From an uncultured Thermoleophilia bacterium (lineage in GTDB: Bacteria > Actinomycetota > Thermoleophilia > UBA2241), in contig CAWCAH010000003.1 of NCBI GenBank assembly GCA_963793605.1, positions 95,534 through 159,533 on the forward strand: a stretch of DNA of 64,000 nucleotides, in the 5' to 3' direction. Position numbers and translations under genes: made by a program. Shown in pieces: positions 38,199 to 47,243 of the stretch. Under the pieces are notes generated by a model. It did no database searches and was not told the DNA's origin. It saw only the letters and a program-made list of their open reading frames with translations. Within the stretch, counting starts at the first letter, position 1. Each line of letters begins with the position of its first letter.

Positions 38199-38247
38199 CC
38201 CGCGGCGCAGTCGCCGCGACGTGATCCGTCCCCACAGGAGGTCCCCC

Positions 38248-39095
38248 ATGCCGAAGAAAGGTCTCTTCGACCTGCACGAGATGAAGCGCGCCGGTGAGCA
38301 GATCGCCTGGCTCACCGCCTACGACTACCCCACCGCCAGCTTCGAGGAGGCGGCCGGGATCGACATGATCCTCGTCGGCGACTCGCTCGGCATGTGCGTC
38401 TACGGCTACCCCGGCACCGTGCCGGTGACCATGGACCAGTGCATCGTCCACTCGCGAGGCCGTGCGCCGCGGCGCCCCCAACACGTTCATCGTCGGCGAC
38501 ATGCCGCTGGGCAGCTACCAGGCCTCCGACGAGGACGCCGTGACCAACGCCATCCGCTTCCTCAAGCAGGCCAACGTCGACGCCATCAAGCTCGAGGGCG
38601 GCGTGCGCACCGTGAGCCGCGTGCGCGCGATCCTCGACGCCGGCGTCGCCGTCTGCGGCCACATCGGCCTCACGCCGCAGAGCTCCGGCCAGCTCGGCGG
38701 CCACAAGGCCCAGGGCCGCACGCTCGAGAGCGCCAAGCTCGTGGTGGAGGACGCCCGCGCCCTCTACGAGGCGGGCGTCCAGCTCCTGCTCGTCGAGGCC
38801 GTGCCGCCGGAGGTCGCCGGCTTCATCCGCCGCGAGCTGCCGATCCCGGTGCTCGGCATCGGCGCCGGCGCCGACGTCGACGGCCAGCTGCTCATCGTGT
38901 CACGACGTGCTGGGCACCTTCGCCGCCTTCACGCCCAAGTTCGTGAAGAAGTACGCCGACCTCGCCGCGGTCTCGACCGCCGCGCTCACCGAGTACGTCG
39001 GTGACGTGCGCGGCGGCGCGTTCCCCGAGGAGGAGCACTGCTACCGCATGCTCGAGGGCGAGCAGGAGAGGTTCGCCGACTGGGCCAAGAGCTGA
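38248..39095 (+). CDS. panB: 3-methyl-2-oxobutanoate hydroxymethyltransferase (ketopantoate hydroxymethyltransferase); two frame breaks near 38458 and 38900
   Basis: AGGAGG precedes ATG 38248. Three consecutive frames carry WLTAYDYPTASF...ILVGDSLGM, then VRRGAPNTFIVGDMPLGSYQ...IKLEGG...VCGHIGLTPQS...LLLVEAVP...IPVLGIGAG, then HDVLG...TPKFVKKYADL. Confidence 0.8.
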
Positions 39096-39166
39096 GGGCT
39101 CGGCGCCGGAAGGACGTGTGATGCACTCGCTCTGCTGAAGACCTCACGCCGCCGCAGGGCGGCTTC

Positions 39167-40376
39167 GTGCCCGCCGACCGTGTCGCGCGGCTCGGCACCG
39201 AGACCGTGTTCGCGGTCTCGGCCGAGGCGGCCGCGCTCGCCGCGCAGGGACGGACGATCTACCCGTTCCACCTCGGCGACCTCAACATCCCGACGGCGGA
39301 GCCCATCGTCGAGGCGATGAACAGGGCCATCCGCGACGGCAAGACCACCTACTGCGCCAACGCCGGCGTCGCCCCGCTGCGCGAGGCGCTCGCCGCCGAC
39401 GTCGGCGCCGCCCGCGGCGTCACGTACACCGCCGACAACGTCTCGGTGCAGCCGGGCGGCAAGCCGGTGATCGGCAAGTGGCTCATGGCCGCCATGAACA
39501 TGGGCGACGAGGTCCTCTACCCCAACCCCGGCTTCCCCATCTACAGCTCGTTCATCGAGTTCGTGGGCGGCGTCGCCGTGCCCTACGGGTTCGTGGACGA
39601 GGGCGACCGCTACACGATCGACATCGACGCGATCGAGCGCAGCATCACGCCGCGCACGCGCCTGCTCATCCTCAACGACCTGCACAACCCCACGGCCGCG
39701 GAGTGCACCTCCGAGGAGCTCGACCGCATCGCCGAGATCGCTGTCCGGCACGACCTGCAGGTGCTCAGCGACGAGGCGTACTTCGACGTGCGCTTCCAGG
39801 GCGCGAGCGAGTCGATCGTCTCGCGCCCGGGCATGGCCGAGCGCACCGTCATCCTGTACACGTTCAGCAAGAAGTACGCGATGACGGGCTGGCGCCTCGG
39901 CGCCGCGGTCGGACCCAAGCCGATCATCGACATCATCACGCAGGATGAACGTCAACGTGGAGTCGTGCCCCAACCACTTCGCCCAGTACGGCGCCCTCGA
40001 GGCGCTCACCGGCGACCAGGCCGGGCCCCGCGAGATGATGGCCCGGCTCAAGGGCCGCCGCGACGCGGCGCTCCGCATCCTGAACGAGACGCCGGGCGTC
40101 CGCTGCCACACGCCGGAGAGCACGTTCTACCTGTACCCGGACGTCACGGACGCCGTCCGCCTGACCGGCTGCGCCGGCCACGAGGACTTCCGGCGCCTCC
40201 TCCTCGACAACACCGGCGTGTCGTTCTGCACCCGCCAGCACTTCGGGAAGGCGCTGCCGGACGAGACGCGGTACCATCTCCGCCTGGCCTATTCAGGCGT
40301 CACCACAGCACAGATCGAGGAGGGCCTCGGCGCGTTCAAGGCATTCCTCGAGACAACCGAGCCCGCAGGTTCCTGA
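39167..40376 (+). CDS. Class I/II pyridoxal-phosphate aminotransferase (aspartate/aromatic type); one frame break near 39944
   Basis: NPGFPIYSS, LILNDLHNPT, SDEAYFD and YTFSKKYAMTGWRLG (PLP lysine) are followed, in another frame, by NVNVESCPNHFAQYGALEAL... Confidence 0.8.
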
Positions 40377-40400
40377 GTCCCCCCTGAAGGAGTCGTCACC

Positions 40401-41855
40401 ATGAAAGACCTGCCCGTCGTCGGCATCGAGAGCCGCCTGCGCATGCTCTCAGACGAGAAGTGCCAGAAGATCTACGACGCCGCCCTCACGATCATCGCCG
40501 AGATCGGCATGACCGTCCCGCACGCCGAGGCGCGCGAGATGCTGGTCAGCGGCGCCGGCGCCACTGTCGAGGCCAACGACGTCGTCAAGATCCCGCGCGA
40601 CGCCGTCGCCGCCGCGCGCGACACGATCCCCGAGATGATCCACGTGTACGACCGCAACGGCGAGCTCGCCATGCAGCTCGGCGGCACCAACTCGTTCTTC
40701 GGCACCGGCTCGGACCTGATGAGCATCTACGACTTCGAGACCGGCGTGCGCCGTCCCAGCGTGCTCGCCGACACGGCTCGCATGGCGCACCTCTGCGACG
40801 GCCTCCCGAACATCGACTTCATCATGTCGGCCGCCCACCCGCACGACATCGAGGCCTACGCCTCGTACCTCGAGTGCTTCCGCGTGATGGTCAGCAACAC
40901 GACCAAGCCGATGGTGATGACCGCGGCCGGCGTCGAGGACCTCGAGGTCATGCAGAAGATCGCCGCCGCCTTCCGCGGCGGCGAGGACGAGCTTCGCGCG
41001 AAGCCGTACTTCATCCAGTACGGCGAGCCCGTGAGCCCGCTGCAGCACGCGCCCGAGGTGCTCGACAAGATGCTGCTCTGCGCCGACAAGGGCATCCCGC
41101 TCATCTACTCGCCGGCGCCGATCGCCGGCGCCACGGCGCCGATCACCATCGCCGGGCACATCGTGCAGGCGGTGGCCGAGTCGCTCTTCGGCGCCGTGAT
41201 CCACCAGCTGCGCGTCCCCGGCGCCCCGCTGCTCACCGGCATGGGCCCGGTCAAGCTCGACATGAACACGGTCCAGGCGCTCTACAACTCGGCCGAGTAC
41301 TACCCCACCATCATGGGCATCACCGAGATGGCCAAGTGGATGGACATCCCCAACTGGGGCTACGCGGGCACCAGCGACTCCCAGTGCGTGGACATCAACG
41401 CCGGCATCGACATCACCGAGCTCACCCTCATCTCCATGCAGGCCGGCTCCAACCTCAACCACGACATCGGCTACCTCGACTTCGGCCTCACCGGCGCCGG
41501 CGAGCTGGTCGTCATCGAGGATGAGGTCATCTCCATGAACCGGCGCGTGCTCGAGGGCATCGAGGTCACCGACGAGACGCTCGGCCTCGACGTCATCGAG
41601 GAGGCCGGCCACGGCGGCGACTTCCTGCGCGCCCGCCACACCAAGAAGTTCGTCCGCGGCCTGCAGTGGAAGCCCACCCTGCTCAACCGCGACACGCAGA
41701 AGAACTGGGAGGCCGCCGGCTCCAAGACGGCCACCGAGAAGGCGCACGAGAAGCTGCTCGACATCATGGCCAACCACACGCCCGAGCCGCTCACGGCCGA
41801 GCAGAAGCAGGTCATGGACGAGCTGGTCGACGCGTACGTCGCGGCCGGCAAGTAA
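40401..41855 (+). CDS. MttB-superfamily methyltransferase, non-pyrrolysine paralog
   Basis: 484 aa, closely parallel to the 22253-23689 product. Thr occupies the Pyl-equivalent position (NWGYAG-T-SDSQCVDINAG). TAA stop. Confidence 0.85.
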   Translation: MKDLPVVGIESRLRMLSDEKCQKIYDAALTIIAEIGMTVPHAEAREMLVSGAGATVEANDVVKIPRDAVAAARDTIPEMIHVYDRNGELAMQLGGTNSFFGTGSDLMSIYDFETGVRRPSVLADTARMAHLCDGLPNIDFIMSAAHPHDIEAYASYLECFRVMVSNTTKPMVMTAAGVEDLEVMQKIAAAFRGGEDELRAKPYFIQYGEPVSPLQHAPEVLDKMLLCADKGIPLIYSPAPIAGATAPITIAGHIVQAVAESLFGAVIHQLRVPGAPLLTGMGPVKLDMNTVQALYNSAEYYPTIMGITEMAKWMDIPNWGYAGTSDSQCVDINAGIDITELTLISMQAGSNLNHDIGYLDFGLTGAGELVVIEDEVISMNRRVLEGIEVTDETLGLDVIEEAGHGGDFLRARHTKKFVRGLQWKPTLLNRDTQKNWEAAGSKTATEKAHEKLLDIMANHTPEPLTAEQKQVMDELVDAYVAAGK

Positions 41856-41883
41856 GGACGCGCGGCAAGAGGGGATCACGACA

Positions 41884-41917
41884 GGGACGGCGGCCGGCAG
41901 GCCGCCGTCCCTTTCTC
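41884..41917 (+). terminator. Rho-independent-type terminator/attenuator hairpin
   Basis: GGGACGGCGGCC-GGCA-GGCCGCCGTCCC followed by TTTCTCC, 29 nt after the stop at 41855. The next MttB gene starts only 23 nt later. Confidence 0.6.
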
Positions 41918-41939
41918 CACAGCACTCCAAGGAGACGAC

Positions 41940-43346
41940 TTGACCGGACCAGCCCGCAGCGTGCTCGACGACCGCAGTTGTCGCAAGATCCACGAGGCGG
42001 CCCTCCAGCTCCTCGAGCGGGTCGGCTGCGCCGTGCTCGACCCCGAGGCGCTCGCGCTGTTCAAGCAGCACGGCGCGAGCGTGGACGACGACCGCGTCCG
42101 CTTCGGCGATGCCCTCGTCGAGCAGGCGCGGGCCACCGCGCCGGCTCGCTACGTGGTCGCCGGCCGGCGCCCGGAGCTCGACCTGCACGTCGGGCTCGGC
42201 GAGCCGGCCGTGCTGGCCAGCGCCTCCGGCCCGCCCTTCGTCCTCGCGGACGGCGCGCAGCGGCCGGGCACCCTGGCCGACCTCACCACCGCGGTGCGCC
42301 TCGCGCACCTCTCCCCCAACATCGACGTGCTGGGCTACAGCGTGGAGCCGAACGACGTGCCCGAGGACGGTCGCGCCCCAAGGTCGTCGCCCACCTCCAC
42401 GCGACCTCGAGCGACAAGAACGCGCGCTTCACCGTCACCTCGCTCGAAGAGCTCAAGGTGGCCACGGACGTGCTCGAGATCCTGTACGGCGCCGACTGGC
42501 ACACGCGGCGCGCGCCTCTGGTCGGTGATCAACACCACCTCGCCGCTGCAGTTCTCGGCGGAGGGAGCGCAGGTCGCGCTGCGCCTCGCGCGCCTGGGCC
42601 AGCCCGTCCTGGTCGCGGTCTGCGCCATGGGCGGGACCACCGCGCCCATCACGCTGGCCGGCCTCCTCGCCGTGCAGCACGCCGAGCTGCTGGTCGGCCT
42701 GGTGCTCACGCAGCTCGCCAATCCAGGGACGCCGTTCCTGTACGGCGGCACCTCGTCGCTCTCGTCCATGCAGAGCGGCGCGCTCATGATCGGCGCGCCC
42801 GCGTACTGGGCGCTCATGGAGGCCACCGTGCTGCTCGGCCACTGGCTGGGCGTCCCGGTGCGCGCCGGCGGCTCCGTGACCGACGCGCACGTGCCCGACG
42901 CCCAGGCCGGCATCGAGTCGGCGCTCGCCGTGGACACCGTCCTGCGCACCGGCGCCCAGTACGTGCTGCACTCCGCCGGCATCCTCTCGTCGTTCAACTG
43001 CTACTCGCCGGAGAAGTTCGTGATCGACGACGAGGTGCTGAGCGGCATCCGCGTCGCCCGACGGCCCATCGAGGTCGACGACGAGACGCTCGCGCTCGAC
43101 GTCGTCGAGGCGGCGGGACCGGGCGGCACGGTGCTCGGTCACGCGCATACGCGCAAGCACGCGCGGGACGGCGTGCGGCGGACGATCATGAACCGCGCGC
43201 CCTACGAGACCTGGCGGGCCCAGGGCGGCAGAGACCTGGCTGCCGCGGCGGCGGCGCGCGTGACGGAACTTCTGGGTTCGTACGAGCCGCCGGACGACCT
43301 GGACCCGGTGGTCCGGCGGCAGCTCGACGCCTACTGCCTCGGCTGA
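41940..43346 (+). CDS. MttB-superfamily methyltransferase, non-pyrrolysine paralog; two compensating frame breaks (about 42379 and 42524)
   Basis: TTG start follows AAGGAG. Between the breaks the sensible sequence KVVAHLHATSSDKNARFTVTSLEELKVATDVLEILYGADWHTRRAPLV is in another frame. Val occupies the Pyl-equivalent position (AGGS-V-TDAHVPDAQAG). Confidence 0.75.
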   Translation: MTGPARSVLDDRSCRKIHEAALQLLERVGCAVLDPEALALFKQHGASVDDDRVRFGDALVEQARATAPARYVVAGRRPELDLHVGLGEPAVLASASGPPFVLADGAQRPGTLADLTTAVRLAHLSPNIDVLGYSVEPNDVPEDGRAPRSSPTSTRPRATRTRASPSPRSKSSRWPRTCSRSCTAPTGTRGARLWSVINTTSPLQFSAEGAQVALRLARLGQPVLVAVCAMGGTTAPITLAGLLAVQHAELLVGLVLTQLANPGTPFLYGGTSSLSSMQSGALMIGAPAYWALMEATVLLGHWLGVPVRAGGSVTDAHVPDAQAGIESALAVDTVLRTGAQYVLHSAGILSSFNCYSPEKFVIDDEVLSGIRVARRPIEVDDETLALDVVEAAGPGGTVLGHAHTRKHARDGVRRTIMNRAPYETWRAQGGRDLAAAAAARVTELLGSYEPPDDLDPVVRRQLDAYCLG

Positions 43347-43380
43347 CGCCCGAGGCGGCGCGCCGACGCACGCCCGGGGG

Positions 43381-44061
43381 TCAGGTGTTCGCGCCTGCCC
43401 GGGTGACCTCGAAGCACTCCAGCATCTGCGCCAGCACGCGGTACGGGTTGGCCAGGTCGGTCTCCGGGTCGATGGCCGTCTGGATGGCGAGCCCGTCGAT
43501 CACGGCGCTGAGCAGTTGGGCCAGCCCGAGCAGGTCGGGGTCGGCAAGCCCCGCGGCGCCGTCCGGCACGCCCAGCCACTCGAGCTTCATCTTCCAGTAC
43601 CAGCGGTAGAGCATGGCCATCCGGCGACGAAGGGCCTCGTCCCGCAGCACGTGGGGCAGGAGCTCATAGAAGACCTGGAAGTCGTCGGCCCAGGCAGCCA
43701 TGCGCTGCATCTCCTCGACCAGGCGTGGAATGCGCTCTCCGGGAGCCACATCCTTCATCCGGTCGAGTGAGTCGAGATACTCGTCGTGGATGACGGAGTC
43801 GAGCGCGGCGGCGATGAGGCCAGCCTTGTTGTCGAAGTAGTAGGAGACCATGGCCTTGTTCTCGCCGGCGCGCTCGCTCACGAGCTTGAGCGTCAGCGCC
43901 TCGAACCCCTCGTCGGCGACGATCTCCTTGGCGGCGATGAGGAGATTGCGCGCGGTCTCGGGAAGCGAGGACAGAGGGTCTTCGAACGCAAAGGAGAGAT
44001 GATCGGTGAGGCGTACGTGACCATCGACGTCGACACTCCAGCCCCCCGGCGGTGGCGCCAT
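43381..44061 (-). CDS. TetR/AcrR family transcriptional regulator
   Basis: 226 aa. LIAAKEIVADEGFEALTLKLVSERAGENKAMVSYYFDNKAGL is the TetR HTH. Confidence 0.85.
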   Translation of the reverse strand: MAPPPGGWSVDVDGHVRLTDHLSFAFEDPLSSLPETARNLLIAAKEIVADEGFEALTLKLVSERAGENKAMVSYYFDNKAGLIAAALDSVIHDEYLDSLDRMKDVAPGERIPRLVEEMQRMAAWADDFQVFYELLPHVLRDEALRRRMAMLYRWYWKMKLEWLGVPDGAAGLADPDLLGLAQLLSAVIDGLAIQTAIDPETDLANPYRVLAQMLECFEVTRAGANT

Positions 44062-44136
44062 GTCCCCTCACCTCCCCTGATGCCGGCGCAGCGCATGCGA
44101 CCGGCTTGACATGCCGCTCCGGTCGCGATGCAATCA

Positions 44137-44156
44137 CTGATTGACCGGTCGATTAG
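44137..44156. promoter_or_regulatory. 20-bp palindromic operator CTGATTGACCGGTCGATTAG in the TetR / AOR divergent spacer
   Basis: 8/10 palindromic around ACCGGT. Lies between the TetR start (44061) and the AOR start (44226). 17/20 identical to 27546-27565. Confidence 0.6.
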
Positions 44157-44225
44157 CGACGCGACAGTCTAGCATGAGGCCCGGGCGAGCACCACGGTCC
44201 GGGCTCTGTCGTCTGAAGGAGGACC

Positions 44226-46002
44226 GTGGACTTCTACACAGGACGCGTGCTGCGACTCGACCTGACCGCCCTGGCGGCGACGGTCGAGCCGCTGCCCGAC
44301 GACTGGGCCCGCCTGTACGTCGGCGGCAAGGGCCTCCTGCTCCGCTATCTCTTCGAGGAGCTCGCGCCGGGCGCCGATGCGCTCGCGCCGGGCAATCCGC
44401 TCATCCTCGCCACCGGCCCGTTCGCCGGGACCGCGGTGGCGACGTGCTCGCGCCTCGCCGTCGGTTGCAAGAGCCCGGCCACCGGGACGCTGCTCGACTC
44501 CTACGTCGGCGGGTCGTTCGCCCCGGAGCTCAAGTTCGCCGGGTACGACCTGGTGATCGTCACCGGCAAGGCTCCGCACCCGGTGCTCGTGCTCGTCGAG
44601 GACGACCGGGTGGAGTTCCTGCCGGCGGAGGGCCGCTTCTGGGGTCTGGAGACGGCGGCCCTCGAGCAGAAGATCCGCGAGGAGATGGGCCCGTGGCACA
44701 AGGTCCTCTCCACGGGCCCCGCCGGCGAGCAGCTCATCCCCTTCGCCTGCCTCTCTACCGACCAGTACCACAAGGCCGGGCGCGGCGGCGCCGGAGCGGT
44801 GATGGGCAGCAAGAACCTCAAGGCGGTCGTCGTGCGCGGCACGGGCGCCGTCAGCGTCGGCGACCACAAGGCCTTCTCGCGCGACGTCCTGACCCTGCAG
44901 AACGAGCGCGTCCTCACCCCGGACAACGCCTGGACGTGGGAGGAGGGCACGCCGTACCTCGTCGAGCTCGTCAACACGGCCGGCGCCCTGCCCACGCACA
45001 ACTGGCGCTCAGGGCAGTTCGACCAGGCCCCTGGGCTCCAGTCCGCGGAACTGCAGCGTGTGCGTACCAAGATCCGCGCCTGCACGCAATGTCCGCTCGC
45101 CTGCCGGCAGGTGCATCAGTTCGGCGACCGCGTCTGCGAGGGCCCCGAGTTCGAGACCCTCGGTCTCTGCGGCGCCAACTGCGGCATCGGCGACCTCGCG
45201 ACCGTCGCCTCCTTCAACGAGGCGTGCGACGAGCTGGGGCTGGACACGATCTCCACCGGCGCCGTGGTCGGCCTCGCGATGGACCTGTGCGAGCGGGGCA
45301 TGGCCGACTACGGCCTCGCCTTCGGCGACGCCGAGGGCTACCTCGCCGCGCCGGGGATGATCGCGCGGCGAGAGGGCTGGGGCGCCGAGTTGGCGCTCGG
45401 CACCCGCGACCTCGCCGCGCTCAAGGGCCGGCCGGACCTCGCCCCCCACATCAAGGGGCTCGAACTGCCGGCCTACGACCCCCGCGGCACCTACGGCATG
45501 GGGCTCGGCTACGCCACCTCAGACCGCGGCGCCTGCCACATGCGCGCCTTCACCGCCGGCGACGACATCCTCGGCGGCGAGGCGCCGGCCGACTCTCTGG
45601 AGGGCAAGCCGGCGCTCACCGTCGAGCAGCAGGACTTCAGCGCGCTCGCGTGGACCGGCGTGATGTGCGCGAACATGTGCGATCGACACCGACTTCCTGA
45701 GCGTGCTGTTCGGGCACCTCTGGGGGCGGCAGACGGACCATGACGAGCTCATGACCGTGGGCGCCAGGATCTGGAACCTGGGCCGCCTCCTCAACCTCCG
45801 CGAGGGCCTCTCGCGCGCGGACGACCGGCTGCCGGACATCCTGGACGTCCCACATCCGGACGGCGCGGCGGCCGGCAAGGCGATCACGCGCGAGGAGTTC
45901 CGCGCCGCGCTCGACGAGTACTACCGTCTGCGCGGCTGGGACGCGGCCGGCGTCCCCGAGGAGAGCACGCTCGCGCGCCTCTCGGTCGACGTGCGGATCT
46001 AG
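44226..46002 (+). CDS. aor: Aldehyde:ferredoxin oxidoreductase (tungstopterin AOR family); one frame break near 45681
   Basis: GRVLRLDLT...YVGGKGL, GPFAGT, KSPATG, HKAGRGGAGAVMGSKNLKAVVV, CTQCPLACRQV and DRGACHMRAF are followed, in another frame, by IDTDFLSVLFG...GARIWNLGRLLNLREG...LRGWD. TAG stop. Confidence 0.85.
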
Positions 46003-46052
46003 GCCCGGCGCGCCCGGCTCTGCGCGGCGCACCGGACGGAGGAGGGGGAGCC

Positions 46053-47204
46053 ATGACGTCCGCCGACGAGGTCGTCCGGAGGCAGCCAGGGCGGGGCGCC
46101 GAGCGCTTCGAGATCGCGCCCGGTGCGGCGACGATGCTCGCCGTCGTGACCACCGGCAACGGCGGGCTGGACCGGCTCGACTGGCGAGAGGTCCCGCGGC
46201 CCCGGCCGGACGAGGGCGAGGCCCTCGTCCGGGTGCTGGCCGCGGGCGTCAACACCACCGAGATCAACACCCGCCTTGGCTGGTACTCGGCCGCCGTGGA
46301 GAACGGCACCGCACAGACTGCTGAGCTGCAGGAGGCCCGCGCGACCGAACGGCCGGACGGCGGCTGGGATGCCCCGACGCCGTTCCCGTTCATCCAGGGC
46401 ACCGACTGCTGCGGCCTGGTCGCCGAGGTCGGCGCCGGCTGCGACCCCGGCCTCGTGGGGCGCCGCGTCCTCGTCCGCCCCTGCATGCGGCCCCTGGGCT
46501 TCGCGTCGCCGGACACTGTGTGGATGGGCTCCGACTTCGACGGCGCCTTCGCCCAATTCGTGCGCGTCCCCGCATCCGAGGTCTTTCCGGTGATCAGCTC
46601 CCTGACCGACGCCGAGCTGGGCGCCGTCCCCTGCGCCTACGGGACCGCCGAGAACATGGTGGCCCGGGCCGGCGTCCGGCCCGGGCAGCACGTGGTGGTC
46701 ACCGGCGCCTCCGGCGGCGTCGGGTCCGCCGCCGTGCAGCTCGCGCGGCTGCGCGGCGCGGAGGTCACGGCGGTGGCGGGCGCGGGCAAGGCCGAGCGTG
46801 TGCTGGCGCTCGGCGCGACCCGGGTCGTCGACCGGGACGAGCGTCTGTCCGACGCCCTCGGGGAGGGAACGGTCGACGCGGTCGTCGACAACGTCTCCGG
46901 GCCCGGCCTCGACGACCTCCTCTCGACCCTGCGCCGGGGCGGCTGCTACGTCTCGTCCGGCGCGATCGCCGGCCCTGTGGTCAGCTTCGACAAGCGGGTG
47001 TTCTACCTCCACGACCTCAAGCTCATCGGCTGCACGGCGTGGGACGAGCCGGTGTTCCCCGCCCTGATAGCCCGCATCGAGGCGGGCGAGCTGCGCCCCG
47101 TGGTCGCGGCGACGTTCCCGCTGGAGCGGATCGCGGAGGCGCAGACGGAGTTCCTCGAGAAGCGGCACGTGGGCAAGTACGTGCTCGTCCCGCCCGCCGG
47201 CTGA
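46053..47204 (+). CDS. Medium-chain (zinc-type) alcohol dehydrogenase / quinone oxidoreductase family protein
   Basis: 383 aa. VLVRVLAAGVNTTE, VVVTGASGGVGSAAVQLARLRGAEV. ATG 46053 follows GGAGGGGGAG. ATG 46134 (MLAVVTTG) is an alternative start. Confidence 0.8.
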   Translation: MTSADEVVRRQPGRGAERFEIAPGAATMLAVVTTGNGGLDRLDWREVPRPRPDEGEALVRVLAAGVNTTEINTRLGWYSAAVENGTAQTAELQEARATERPDGGWDAPTPFPFIQGTDCCGLVAEVGAGCDPGLVGRRVLVRPCMRPLGFASPDTVWMGSDFDGAFAQFVRVPASEVFPVISSLTDAELGAVPCAYGTAENMVARAGVRPGQHVVVTGASGGVGSAAVQLARLRGAEVTAVAGAGKAERVLALGATRVVDRDERLSDALGEGTVDAVVDNVSGPGLDDLLSTLRRGGCYVSSGAIAGPVVSFDKRVFYLHDLKLIGCTAWDEPVFPALIARIEAGELRPVVAATFPLERIAEAQTEFLEKRHVGKYVLVPPAG

Positions 47205-47243
47205 GCCCGACCGCGAGCCGGGCGGCGGCCACCCGGCCGTGAG

